From Eledone cirrhosa (lineage: Eukaryota): 64,000 bases of DNA. Where the stretch lies: assembly GCA_964016885.1 (NCBI GenBank), contig OZ024740.1, positions 132,308,001 through 132,372,000 of the forward strand, in the 5' to 3' direction. Under the pieces are notes generated by a model. The model did no database searches. It saw only the letters and a program-made list of their open reading frames with translations, and was not told the DNA's origin. Shown here one piece after another: positions 11,617-26,038 of this stretch (its first letter is position 1; each line of letters begins with the position of its first letter). Made by a program: the position numbers and the translations under genes.

Positions 11617-14600
11617 AATCAAAACAACAAGAGGTAATTTCGGCAGATACAAGCCAGAAACTCTGAAGAATATGGAGTTTACATACACTAATGTCTTACA
11701 AAGATATACTATAATAAAAATGAAGATAAAAATAATAAAATTATAATAACTAAGGATGTAGATAACATTAAGAACCATATTACAAATATAGTCCAAAGTC
11801 ACCAACTTAAATCTAAACAAATTTGGTTATATAGAGCAGGAATTATATATAACACAGTATAATACATTATAATAATAATATATCTATACTAACACTGAAA
11901 TTCCAAATCAAAAATCAAAAGGTACAATATATACATGTATATATGTGCGCACACACACACACACACACACACATATTACAATACACATATCTATTTTCTA
12001 TTACACAGAAATTAAGCCCTATTGGAAGTTTGAACATCAAAAATATCAAAAATAAGCATGGTAATAGTGAAAATAATGCTAACACATCCACCCAATATAC
12101 ATGAGGCAATAATTACAAGAAACACTTATAATAAATAATAAACAACAAAATTATATAATACAATACAATATAATAAAGTAGAATATATATAATATAATCT
12201 CCGGTTAATTTACAGAAACAATATAGATGTCACAGTGAAATACAATGATAAATTGTTAACATTATATTAACAATTACCGTAAGCAATATGTACAACATGA
12301 TTCATACTGGGTTACATAATAAATGGGGAAATATCCATCATATAATATAATACAATAATACTCAAAAAAACTATATTGGTACAGGGAACAATTATGATGT
12401 TACAGAAAAAATATGTTGTTACAGAAAAAATATAGACATCTAACATGATATGTAAAGTCTAAATACCATAATGTTACATATTACAATATTAAAATATTAA
12501 AATATTAAAAAATATAAAGTTTAACTATCTTAATATTATATATAATAAACGGTAAGTAATAAGGATCTATATCATAATGTAATATATTTTAAAAATTGGC
12601 ATATAATATATAAATAAATACTTATAATTTCAAGGTTAGTAGACAGACATGTGTTGATGAGTGAACGAAGCCAGACAGTGAGTGGTAAATAAAACAGATA
12701 AATACAATCAACCGGAAATTACAAAACAAAGCAAATGTGTACACACTTAGGCCTCGCGTGCATTAAGAAATTTGGTAAACACCAAGGAAAACGATCATTT
12801 TAAATGACTTCAAACCCTATCTGATAAATTAATATTAAAAATATCAAACCCGTCCGATAAGGTAGTATAAAATTAGCTATAGTCATTAAAGTATATAAAC
12901 TTTAATGTATCGTTACAAATGTTTACAAAAAGGAATAAAATTACACTATCATACACGCAACGATATCTAAAAAACTGACTTAAGTAGAGTTAAGGTAGGC
13001 TAATGGGGGCAGAATTGGCAAAATATATGGAGGGTGCGAAGTGGCATAAAATATATTCGATATACTATAATAAATAATAGAACAGAGCATAAAAGAGGGG
13101 GGGGGGTTAATATAATCATATTCAATCTAGAGGGGTTGACAATAAGTTTATGCGTGCATGGGGGGGGGGGAGGGGGGGATCGATAGATAAATCAGAATAG
13201 ACTTAGACATAAAAATATAAATAGAATTAAAAATAAAAATAAAAATAATGTTAAAATTAAAAATTAAAGTTAATGATAATAAAAGAATATATAAAGATAA
13301 TAACGTGTGTAATCTTATTTATACTAACAAGGTGTAATAGTGAAGACATAGATATGGTACAGTGGCCAAATGATTATGAGAGCTAGAATGAAGAGTCATC
13401 AAAAACCAATGGTAACAATAGTGTTGGCAAACAAAAGAACCCAAACAAAAAACTAAGTAATGGAATATATCTGCTAATGGGTACGATTTGTACTACTAGA
13501 ACATTTGGGTTTATAATAAAAGTAAGAATTAGAAATTGCATGGGGGCAAGAAGAGAATATCTCAGACTTTCTATTCAGTAAGGGTACTGATAGAGCGGTT
13601 AACTTTTTAGATGTGACCTTGGACTTGGCCACTAATAGTTTCAAACCCTTCCATAAGCCTAATGAAATTCTTTCTTATGTTAGCCCCAATTCTAACCACC
13701 CTAAGTCTATGATAAACTCTATAATTAAGGTCGTTTCTAATAGGATTTCCACACTATCTAAAGACATAGGAACTTTTAATGAACATGCGGAGTACTACAA
13801 TAACGCCCTAGCAAATTCAGGTCACTCTAGTAAAATAAATTATAATAATAGTAACTTTAGAAAGTCTCCGATTACTCTTAATAATAATAACATTATATCA
13901 CATAACATGGCTATGAATGTGAGTAGCAAACTTAGTAACCGTAGAACTTATATAGGAGTATCTGAACCCACCCATAAGTTATCCCACCGGACTCGTAATA
14001 ACAAATATAATACCTCTAAGAGACAAGTCGAGCCCCCTGTGCGCTCACGAATTGGTGTTGGTTTGGCTGGATCTTGTTCTAGTAGTGTTGCTCCTACTGA
14101 TCCTATCATTGGCCTTAATCCTCTTGTAGGGATTCTGGACAACAGTGGATCTACTAGAGGTAGAAACTATAATAGGCATAATGTAATTATGGCTGATTCT
14201 ATGAATGCGGCTTCAAATATTCCCGATAGTAACCCTAGTCTCGACGGTGGGACTTTTGATAGAGGTAGGGTCGATAAGAATAAAAATAAAAATAGAAGGC
14301 GATTGAATACTTATTTCAACCCGCCATATAACCAGGATGTATCAACTAATATCCCTAGGTCTTTCTTCACTATCCTGGAGAAAAACTTCCCCCTTCTCAC
14401 AAATACCATGGTATTTTTAATAAAAATGTTATTAAACTATCATTCTCTACCACCCCTAATATTAGTTCTCATTTAGCTAGCACTAATAATAGGAAGATTA
14501 GGGATGGATTCTCCTCTCTGCAGACTAATAGTCTAAATGCATCGGACAATGCTTTACCACCAGAACAGTCCTAATCTAATAGAGGTCCTAAGTGCAATAC

Positions 14601-16590
14601 ATCACCACTCGAGCCAACCAATAACACCCGGAAGTGCAATTGTAGAGTGAGTGCTAACTGCCCTCTAAACGGTAACTGCCTTTCTAAGAACATTGTCTAT
14701 GCTTGTGAGGTTATAACTAATTCCTCTAAAGGAACATATATAGGATCTACTTCAAACACTTTTAAGACTAGGTTTAACTCTCATATCTCTAACTTCAAAC
14801 ATATTAGGTTTAAGAATTCTACCTCTCTAGCGCATTATATCTGGGATCTTAAGGGAGCTTGTATACCATATAGCCTTAACTGGAGTTTAGTAGCACGATC
14901 TAACCACCTTTCTGCACATAGTAAGTTTTGTAATCTCTGTATACTTGAGACACACTCTATTATTTTCTCTAGCGTACCCTTGCTGAATAGAAAGTCTGAG
15001 ATATTCTCTTCTTGCCCCCATGCAATTTCTAATTCTTACTTTTATTATAAACCCAAATGTTCTAGTAGTACAAATCGTACCCATTAGCAGATATATTCCA
15101 TTACTTAGTTTTTTGTTTGGGTTCTTTTGTTTGCCAACACTATTGTTACCATTGGTTTTTGATGACTCTTCGTTCTAGCTCTCATAATCATTTGGCCACT
15201 GTACCATATCTATGTCTTCACTATTACACCTTGTTAGTATAAATAAGATTACACACGTTATTATCTTTATATATTCTTTTATTATCATTAACTTTAATTT
15301 TTAATTTTAACATTATTTTTATTTTTATTTTTAATTCTATTTATACTTATATTTCTAAGTCTATTCTGATTTATCTATCGAACCCCCCTCCCCCCCCCCC
15401 CCATGCACGCATAAACTTATTGTCAACCCCTCTAGATTGAATATGATTATATTAACCCCCCCTTTTTTATGCTCTGTTCTATTATTTATTATAGTATATC
15501 GAATATATTTTATGCCACTTCGCACCCTCCATATATTTTGCCAATTCTGTCCCCATTAGCCTACCTTAACTCTACTTAAGTCAGTTTTTTAGATATCGTT
15601 GCGTGTATGATAGTGTAATTTTATTCCTTTTTGTAAACATTTGTAACGATACATTGAAGTTTATATACTTTAATGACTATAGCTAATTTTATACTACCTT
15701 ATCGGACGGGTTTGATATTTTTAATATTAATTTATCAGATAGGGTTTGAAGTCATTTAAAATGATCGTTTTCCTTGGTGTTTACCAAATATCTTAATGCA
15801 CGCGAGGCCTAAGTGTGTACACATTAGCTTCGTTTTGTAATTTCCGGTTGATTGTATTTATCTGTTTTATTTACCACTCACTGTCTGGCTTCGTTCACTC
15901 ATCAACACATGTCTGTCTACTAACCTTGAAATTATAAGTATTTATTTATATATTATATGCCAATTTTTAAAATATATTACATTATGATATAGATCCTTAT
16001 TACTTACCGTTTATTATATATAATATTAAGATAGTTAAACTTTATATTTTTTAATATTTTAATACTTTAATATTTTAATATTGTAATATGTAACATTATG
16101 GTATTTAGACTTTACATATCATGTTAGATGTCTAAATTTTTTCTGTAACAACATATTTTTTCTGTAACATCATAATTGTTCCCTGTACCAATATAGTTTT
16201 TTTGAATATTATTGTATTATATTATATGATGGATATTTCCCCATTTATTATGTAACCCAGTATGAATCATGTTGTACATATTGCTTACGGTAATTGTTAA
16301 TATAATGTTAACAATTTATCATTGTATTTCACTGTGACATCTATATTGTTTCTGTAAATTAACCGGAGATTATATTATATATATTCTACTTTATTATATT
16401 GTATTGTATTATATAATTTTGTTGTTTATTATTTATTATAAGTGTTTCTTGTAATTATTGCCTCATGTATATTGGGTGGATGTGTTAGCATTATTTTCAC
16501 TATTACCATGCTTATTTTTGATATTTTTGATGTTCAAACTTCCAATAGGGCTTAATTTCTGTGTAATAGAAAATAGATATGTGTATTGTA

Positions 16591-16630
<40 letters not shown>

Positions 16631-16960
16631 ACATATATACATGTATATATTGTACCTTTTGATTTTTGATTTGGAATTTCAGTGTTGGTATAGATATATT
16701 ATTATTATAATGTATTATACTGTGTTATATATAATTCCTGCTCTATATAACCAAATTTGTTTAGATTTAAGTTGGTGACTTTGGACTATATTTGTAATAT
16801 GGTTCTTAATGTTATCTACATCCTTAGTTATTATAATTTTATTATTTTTATCTTCATTTTTATTATAGTATATCTTTGTAAGACATTAGTGTATGTAAAC
16901 TCCATATTCTTCAGAGTTTCTGGCTTGTATCTGCCGAAATTACCTCTTGTTGTTTTGATT

Positions 16961-16998
16961 GCCCTGATGAGTCCTTAATAGGACGAAACATTGTCGGC
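16961..16998 (+). ncRNA. Minimal type I hammerhead ribozyme, canonical core
   Basis: GCC-CUGAUGA-GUCC-UUAAUA-GGAC-GAAAC-AUU-GUC-GGC, followed by AATAAA. Confidence 0.92.
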
Positions 16999-17629
16999 TA
17001 ATAAAAACTTTTGATGTTTTAAAGGATTCTTTGTTTTACTCTCTTAATTTTTCGGCTCTGTTTAACTGCATTGAGCTATACCTTTTACTGTCATTTCTAT
17101 AATACGAAGAGGGTGTTTGACTCAAACACGCTCCAGTATTCTAATCCTTATATATATATATATATATATATATGTGATTCCTCTCCCCCCACCCCTCTAT
17201 CCACACACGCACATCCCCCCCCCCCTCCTCCCCCCCACACACAAACCTCTTCCTGAACATGCAACCCCGTTCTTCCCCCAACCCTTACTTTCACATACAC
17301 ACACACACACACACACGCCCACCTACACACACACACCACCTTCAGCCCTCCCCGCTCGAACACCCGATCTCCCTCTCCCCACCCCACCCGCCACCACCCC
17401 TACACACCACACACCCTTCCACCACCTGTTTTACCCCCTTTAATTTCAGTTTATTTTGAGCATGACTTTATATTTAAATTTATCTCATTCCTTGTATTTT
17501 GATCATGCTTTATTTTTATTTTTATCTTTATTTTTTATGTTTTCATTCGCACCGTTTCCTTTCGCTATATGTCTCTCCACCACTCCCCTACACACCATTT
17601 GAACTCTGTTCCCACACACTTCTCACCTG

Positions 17630-17826
17630 AGCAAACAGCACGGACACTCGATCTCAAAATTATTTTTGAAAAGCATTTAGAAATGCGCAACCGGTAAAAA
17701 CTTAAAAACTTAAAACCACAACTGAATACTAACCCATACAATCACTAATACTCTTTTATTCCTAATTAAACCATTTTTCAACTGTGAACAATTTGTCAGC
17801 ATTTTCTATTCCGTTTACCAATATAT
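17630..17826. repeat. Repeat with a near-identical inverted copy at 25207-25403
   Basis: Direct reverse-complement match over ~195 bp. Confidence 0.85.
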
Positions 17827-17860
17827 ATATATATATAGTAATTTTTTATATATATATGTA

Positions 17861-17995
17861 GTAATTGTTTATACTTTTGGCACAAGGCTAGGACTTATCC
17901 CAGTGTATTACTGATGCTTTATTTTATAAACCCCTTAAGTATGAAAGTTAAAGTTATGCTCCGCGGGATTTGAACTCAGACAATAAAGAGACGTA
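17861..17995 (-). mobile_element. SINE family A, truncated and diverged
   Basis: Tail and B-box region are recognisable. Confidence 0.75.
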
Positions 17996-17996
17996 T

Positions 17997-18550
17997 ATAT
18001 TAATACAAGGACGAATGGTTACTCCTCCATGACGTCCATTGTTTGGGGACACGCGATTCGCTACTGATCAGCTCAAGGTTCGATCTGTCTCGATCTAACT
18101 CGACTCTGGATTCAAAAGCGCCTCGGACCTTTGTAGTAGGAATGACAAAATGAATATACATGCCATACAAAAACGTTCATATGTTGGTCAGTTTAAGTTG
18201 TTTTGATTCGTGGATACTTTACAAGGAATATTTTGGCCTGTAATAGAGGTGGGGGGTGTGAGCGTTTATGTGAGTAACGGGGTGTGGCGTTTTGGCTATC
18301 GCTAGACACGTTGACGTGTATGTGTTGAGGCTGAGGTGGTGTGTTTGGTGGGTTGTGGTGGTGTGCAGTGTATGATATGAGATGAAAAATTGCGGTGTTT
18401 TATTATCGGGTAGGGGTATGATGGTGCTGTTTAGGGATCGTTAAAGGGGACATCTGCTACAAGGAATTAATGAGGTGATGGGATAATATATATAAAGGAT
18501 ATACATCACCAAACATCCACCAGCCTCACCCGCACCAACACATAACACAT
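17997..18550. repeat. Older interspersed repeat; inverted diverged copy at ~24424-24874, partial copy at ~40950-41012
   Basis: Shared blocks aaggacgaatggttactcct, gttttgattcgtggata, ggcgttttggctatc and gactctggattcaaaag. Confidence 0.7.
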
Positions 18551-19187
18551 ACCATTGAGGCACACATAAACCACTAGCCTCATACACTTCACGACATTTT
18601 GTATCAGTAATTTCACCATCATTACTCAACATCTCTTCTTATATGCTTTGTACCTAACTTTTAACCCCACGTGATATGATCTACATGCAAAGCCGATGCG
18701 CGCACACCTGCGCATGTCTCGTATGCGCGCACGCGTTGGTACACTCATGTATATATGTAGGTTTATGTACCGATGTATATATAGGCGTGTGTAGAGTGAG
18801 TGAGTGTGTATGTTTACATACGAGCCTGAACGCACCCCTGTAGAGCCTTATAATAGAATGGATCCCCGGACTGTGAGCAACCTCATCTTGTCAGCGTGTA
18901 CACATACGGGACCCAGGCATATGTGCGATACGTGCATGGGTCGATACGTCCGAAAATACATACAACTCGTACGACGCGTGCTTGAGCCCGTGGGGCCAGT
19001 GCGGGTGTCCAGGATGACAGCACGAACACTCTATATCCCCTGCCACGAGCAGACTCATATAACAAGGCACGCACATCTGACTCCGTGTACCTCCCACGTG
19101 ATCCTGTGTGGGCTGATGTATATATGGGTGTGTGCGTATATATATATATATATCCAAGGGGTGTAACTAGGAATTACTGCAGGTTCA

Positions 19188-19224
<37 letters not shown>

Positions 19225-20320
19225 GCAAGTGTGTGTGTGGGAGTGTGTGTATTTAGATCAATGCTCGTGTGGATCTGAAGGCTGGGACATATGTCCCTAG
19301 CTGAGTGTGCAATAGGTTCACTTATTTGTTTTCCTTTATTATGGAATCGCTCCCGTAAATTTTTGGTTTTTCACATATTTAAAACAATTGTGATAGAATA
19401 ATTATTATTACAAATGAAACGTAAGATGTCAGTGTTAACTCATGAAATGGCAACGCATAACATTGCGGCATAGGGCTCCAATATGTAATATTTAATTTTA
19501 TATTTAATTTTGTACCAGAAATCTTATAGTCAGAAAAGAAAATGGCTAGAAAATAACAGCCAAATAACTTCACCACCAGCACCACCACCACCGCCGCCGC
19601 CACCACCACTATCACCATCACCACTACCACAAACAATCTAGCCAAATACTGACCAGCACCATCCCTATGGCGCTGCTGTCCCATCACCACCGCCGCCGCT
19701 TCATCATCGCTGCCGCCACTGTTCCCTGACTGCTTGAGACAGGGGTGGTGATGCCGCTATGCATGAAGGGAAGAGAGCAAGGTATCAAAAGATATAAATA
19801 GACTGGGTTAGTGACTCAGTCAAACAGCTAACAAGAACAACAAGACCAAAATAATTATGTCGTTGTATCTCTAAACTCTCTCAAAATGTTTAGTTTAAAC
19901 GCTGTCAAATCTAATTGTTTTGACAAAGATAAATTAAAGGATAGGCGCTACAAAGAAAGCTTTAAGCGATACTCTGACCAACTCCAAGGAACTTCAAACA
20001 TCACTGGCTATATTATCACTCGCTATATTATACTGAAAGAAGAGAAATAAATAAATAAACATATAGAAATATATATTTTTGTAAATAAGACAATAGAACC
20101 GTGTGGAAATGGAAGCCCCAATTGAAACATAAGTTTTAAATCTCCGAAGCCGTTTATGAAAGTATTGAAGATGATGAGAAAACACATTTCGATCTTCCAA
20201 CGTGGAAGAGGCTCCTATCAGAAGAAACCGTCACCGATCCTCATTTTTCTTACCTGTTGTACAAACCTGGCTGGACACAGAACACTGCACAAGCATTCTA
20301 ATAGTTCTATAGAGTTAGGA

Positions 20321-20510
20321 AATAATTGTTTCTACTTTAGGCACAAGGCCAGCAATTATTCAGTGCATTACTGGTACTTTATTTTATCGACCCCGTAAGG
20401 ATGAACGGCAAAGTCAACCTCGGCGGGATTTGAACTCAGATCGTAAAGGGACGTAACTATGCTGTAAATCATGGCGTCCGACCCTCCACCGAAACTGCCA
20501 ATCTACCGCC
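20321..20510 (-). mobile_element. SINE family A
   Basis: Full-length match. Confidence 0.9.
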
Positions 20511-20939
20511 TCTGAGTTATGAAATAATACATATGAATAAGCCATAGATGACGAACATCATTTTGAAGGGAAAAAAAAAAAAAAATGAGTATAAAACCTG
20601 GAATACTTTAAGTCCGGTATTGGAAAAAGAAAAAAAAATCACAAGGGATTGAAACTCCAAATTCACTATTTTCCTTTTACTTTGCTCCACTTTTGAAATT
20701 AAATGACACGACGGTTCAGTTATATTCAAATATTGTAAGCGCGTCCATTGAGAATATCGTCTTTGACAAATATCTCAGTTGCTCGCATGTGTGCGTGCTG
20801 AATTCTGGGTCTTTCCGCTGGGAACAAACCCTTGCCCCCCCCCCCTTTTCACTCATTCATTTACTGCCATTCTACCTTCCTTTTTTCCCTCTCCATGCCG
20901 GCCCCTTTTCGCTCTCGTTTTCTGGCACCTCCATATATA

Positions 20940-23900
20940 TAGGTGAATTATGCTGCCCTCTTACCAACACTTTCCCTTCCAATCACATACACCAGCCACC
21001 CACCCCTGATGCCGCTCGGTGCCCCAGTCCCCAGCCCCACGCCCCATCCCCCACCCCTCCAAATCGACACCTGCAGCACTTGCGGCACTACTAACAAACG
21101 GAAGAGTGGCCGGAACTGTTTGGGGTGCGGCTGCTTCCACCACCTCACCTGCGTTGGCTTGAATCGTCGAGCTTCCAATGCCCTCGCAGTGTGGAGGTGT
21201 AGGAGCTGCCTCTTCCCCACGTCTTCCATGCTACGGCCTTCTGGCACACCACCAGATGGGACAGCGAACTTGCCTGACGCCTGGTCAATATCGTTCGGCT
21301 CAGGCGGCTCCGGAAGATCTCTTTCAGGATCCCGAGAGCGGCACGGGTGCCGCTAGACGATGCCCTCGCTTCCTTGAAAGAGAGCGCCCTGGACTGCAAT
21401 CGAGCCAGTGACTGGGAGCGGATGTTCTATTTCGCCCCACTCGCCCTCGTCCTCCCCAGCTCTGGCGCTGACCGGAGAGGGCGGTCACCAGCAGCCTTCG
21501 TCAAGGCCAATGTCTCGTCATTTGGGCAAGCGTCCATTCCAAGCGTGCCCAGGGACGCCACATACCCCACCCTCAGGTACCCCTTATTCCCCACCACCGA
21601 GGCCAGCGCCAAGCGTTTGCGTGACCAAGTAAACGGAAAGCTTATCATGGGCTATGTCTCGGCCGCAGTCAGAGTTGTTGCCTCAGAGGACACTGTCCTC
21701 CAACCCACCGAGGAGATCCTGGCTGCTCTGCGGCTCAAACACCCTGAGCCACCCACTGATCTCAGACCCATACCCTCACCTGAACCCCACCTGCTCCTTG
21801 TGGCTACTGATGCAGATATCGGTCTGCCATCAGGTCCTTCCCAGGTAGCAGCTGCGGAGGTGTTGATGGTCTCCGACCAGGCCACCTCAAGGAGTTGACA
21901 TCCCCCTCTCCGCTGAGGCCGGGCGCCGCCTTCTGAGTGCAATTGTGGCGTTCACCAATAGACTCATTCATGGTGCCCTCGACCTTTACGCCCGAGGCCT
22001 CTTTTTTTCGGCCAGCCTCACGGCTCTCAGGAAGACAGAGGGTGGCATACGCCCCATTGCTTTGGGCAATGTCTTCCGGAGGTTGGCTACCAAGATGATC
22101 TGAAATTCCGTCACACATGAACTGGGTGAGGAGTTTAGTCCGTGCAACTAGGTGTCTGCGTGTCCGGTGGCTGTGAGGAACCCTCTCATGCAATCAGGCA
22201 GTTCTTCAGCAGCACCCATCGGTACCGGCATCCAGGGACTCCAGGCAACTCATTGTCAAGCTTGACATGAGGAATGACTTTAACTCTTTACGCCGGGATC
22301 ATCTGCTCGAGGCCTGCCTCAACCGAGTCCCCTCAGCCTACCCGCTGGCCTACCTGTCATATGGAGCCCCGAGCAAGTTCCTAACTGCTGATACGGTCAT
22401 ACCCTCGGCTAGTGGGGCCCAACAGGGCGGCCCTTTGGGACCCCTCCTGTTCGCCCTTGGTATTGACCACATCGCCCGGAGTATCACGGCCCCTCTCAAC
22501 GTTTGGTATCTGGATGATGCTACGTTGGGCGGGCACGTACGGACGATCTGCCAAGACCTTCAATCGGTGATACCTGCCCTGGCGGGAATCGGCCTCCAGG
22601 TCTACTCAGCCAAGTCGGAGGTGGTGAACGTCAGCCTCGATGCTGTGAGTTTTGCAGCCTCCGTCTTGGACGTCCGGTCCATTCACCGCCAGTTTCAGGT
22701 GGCCCCCAAAGAGGATGTCCTCATCCTCGAGTCACCGATCCACCCGCCGTCCATCCGCTCCACCATCAGGTCCAGGCTTCGACAGCTCCAGATTCTCACG
22801 AGCCGACTGGGCTTGATTCACAGCCACCCAGCTCTCTTTCTGCTGAGGAACTGCTTCGCCATGCCGAGGCTCCTCTATACACTCCGCAGCGCTCCATGCT
22901 ACACCCAGACATCTCTCCTCGATGACCTCGATACTTGCATCCGAGCAGCAGCCGAGGGGATATGCAACGTCAAGTTTGACGATATAGGGTGGCAACAGGC
23001 CACTTTACCGGTCAGGTATGGCGGCCTAAGCCTCCGGTCTCCGATCTCACTAGCTTTGCCGGCTTATCTTTCGTCGGTAAACTCGTGTCGCGTCCTCGTC
23101 AGCAGGGTTCTTCAAAACACAACAGAACCTTCTGTGTTCAGAGAACGTGAGGCCGCCTGTGAGACGTAGGACCGGCTGGGTCTCATAGACGTCCCTCCTC
23201 CTTCTCCCCATGTTGACATCAAGTCGCCCAACGCACTTGGGATGCCATCCAGTGCAGCCTGGCCTCAGACAGGCTCACGCGCCCGCTCGACCAGCACCGC
23301 CTTGCTTGCTTTCGTGCGGCCTCCAAACCCCACAGTGGTGCCTGGCTCCATGCTCTGCCCTACTTCTCCACTGGCACACAGCTAGACAACCATAGCCTGC
23401 GAACCGGCGTTTCACTGAGGCTCGGCCTCCGGATCTGCCAGCCACACCAATGTCGCTGCTGTTCCACCGTGGACTCTTTCGGCCTCCACCCGCTTTCCTG
23501 TCGCCACAGTGCCGGCCGCATTCCACGCCATACTGCCCTCAACGAGGTCATTAAGCATGGCTTGGACGCTGCAGGCTTCCCTTCTCAGCTCGAGCCGGTG
23601 GGGTTGGATCGAGGGGACGGCAAAAGGCCAGATGCCATGACCATCTTCCCGTTTCGCGGTGGCAAAACCCTCGTCTGGGATGCCACTTGCACCGACACAT
23701 TCTGAAGCCGCAACCTGGTGCAGTCTGCGACTGACCCCGGTTCTGCTGCGCGTCGGGCTGAGGGGGCCAAACTCCTCAAATACCGGTCGCTCTCCGACAG
23801 GTTTGCGGTCGTTCCCCTGGCAGTGGAAACTTCTGGTGTTCTCGGCCCCAGGGCTACCTCCTTACTCACCACCATAGGCGCTGAGCTGGCCAGCCGTAGG

Positions 23901-24015
23901 TGTGAGCCCCGCGAGTTGGAGTGGCTTTTCCAGCGCGTCTCCCTTGCCGATCGTCCGGGGAAACACCCTTCTCCATTCTGTCCGCCGGGGCTGTGGGTGG
24001 GCCCCATTGCGTACC
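20940..24015 (+). mobile_element. CRE-clade-like non-LTR retrotransposon (PHD finger, RT, zinc finger, RLE endonuclease), frameshifted
   Basis: GC-rich block. PHD CxxC...CxxCxxxxHxxC...WxCxxC (21068-21210); RT GGIRPIA, KLDMRNDFNS, QQGGPLGPLLF, WYLDD; QATLPVRYGGL; CRC..H.LSC..GRIPRH; KRPD; PLAVETSG. Confidence 0.88.
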
Positions 24016-25135
24016 ATTACATTAGTTAAATAATCTTTCGTTTCAAATACGTATTTGCTTTAGTGAAGAGAAAGAATAAAGTTAATGCCTGAGAGCAAAA
24101 CCCCCAGCAAGGAAAAATTTTATTTAAAATTTGTTTTTGTTTTTGTTAGCTTTCTGATACATGTCTAAAAAAAATAAAAAATTTTTTTTAGACTTTATTA
24201 ACTTATAGGTAAGTCAAGCCTTGCAGTTCCATTATTAGACTTCTTCCCTTATTAGACTTCTCTACTTCTACAGACTTCACAAAACCAACTTCAGACTATA
24301 TTTCCTCATTTGTATATATATATATTTTTATCATTATTTTTTTTAAAATATTTTTGTATACATCCTTTATATATATTATCCCCTCACCTCATTGATTCCA
24401 TGTAGCGCTGTCCCTTTATAACGATGCCTAAACAGCATATCCTACCCCCTACCCAATACTAAAACACCGCAATCTTTCATCTCATACAATACACCGCACC
24501 ACCACCAAATCCACACCACACTCTGCCCCTCAGCCTCAACATATGCATGCCAATATGTCTAGGGATAGCCAAAACGCCACATCCCGCTACTCACATAAAC
24601 CTTTACCCCTCACCACTAACTCGTCAGTACGCTCCCCCCCCCCATCTATATTACAGTCCAAATCATTCCTCGTAATTTATCCACGAATCAAAACAACATA
24701 AACTGACCAACATGGAACGTTAGACTTTTTGTATGCCATGTATAATCAATCTGTTATTACTACTACTGAGGACTTTGGATTCCAGATCGAACCTAAAGCT
24801 GATCCGTAGCGAAACACGCGCCACAAACCAATAAACATAATGCAGGAGTAACCATTCGTCCTTCTATTATTATATTCCACTCTGACTAGCTCTACACCTT
24901 GATACTGACGTTAACCTAAACATCGAGGGCTCACCCGGGAGAACCTGCAATAACTCCGTGTCGCACTCCCTGGATATATATACAAAAAGGAGATCAATAT
25001 CCCCACAGGTACTTTTGTGAGGTGAAACCGTCGGTAAAAGCAAAAGGAATAGTTGAATATTTAAATTATATTTTTTAATTTATTTTAAAAAAAATTTTAA
25101 ATCTTGCTTGCTCCGCTTATCTCAATTTATATATA

Positions 25136-25175
<40 letters not shown>

Positions 25176-25408
25176 AAAGAATAGAGGTGTAACACACAAG
25201 TTATTATATATTGGTAAACGGAATGGAAAATGCTGACAAATTGTTCACAGTTGAAAAATGGTTTAATTAGGAATAAAAGAGTATTAGTGATTGTATGGGT
25301 TAGTATTCAGTTGTGGTTTTAAGTTTTTAAGTTTTTACCGGTTGCGCATTTCTAAATGCTTTTCAAAAATAATTTTGAGATAGAGTGTCCGTGCTGTTTG
25401 CTCTGATC

Positions 25409-25455
<47 letters not shown>

Positions 25456-25665
25456 TGTGTGGGTGTGTGTGTGTGTGTGTGTGTGTGTCTGTGTATGTGT
25501 GTGTATGTGTGCATGTGTGTGCGTGTATATATAAATATATATATATTTAATATAGTAAAGCTTTTCTATATTAAATAGTTATACTCCTCTTCCTATTGAG
25601 TACCTTACTTACTGTGGTTACCCCCGATTGAACCCGGGATAAACTTATAAATATATGTATATACC

Positions 25666-25697
<32 letters not shown>

Positions 25698-25707
25698 TTT
25701 TTTTTTT

Positions 25708-25885
25708 TGTGTGCAATATGTCATGGTAATTAATCCCTGTTCACATTAGAGGAAGGAGTTCTATTCGCTCCGTTTGATTAATTCACGTAGCCATAAATCT
25801 GTGCTAATTAATGCTAAATCCTGACGTAATCTAGGGATGTTTCAACATAGATGTAGTAAACCTTGGCACTCCAGATGTATATGGG

Positions 25886-25931
<46 letters not shown>

Positions 25932-25996
25932 CTAAAATAACAGATTAAAGTTTAAGCAAAGCATCGCTGCTTTCATCATTTTATGTAGTACACCAC

Positions 25997-26038
<42 letters not shown>

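Larger units (their letters stand above)
11529..17048 (+). mobile_element. 5'-truncated Naiad-type PLE with ~2.06-kb inverted arms (11529-13587 / 14974-17048)
   Basis: The core 13588-15087 encodes the RT end VNFLDVT..SNHP, TYFNPPY, CNC..CPLNGNC, NIVYAC/TYIGST..FKTRFNSH and CNLC. There is a frameshift at ~14390 and a stop at ~14572. The arms are near-identical reverse complements. Confidence 0.92.

Noticed and set aside
12650-12680. UUGAUGA-GUGAAC-GAAGC
   Set aside because: Two core mismatches, no stems, and it is antisense to the element.
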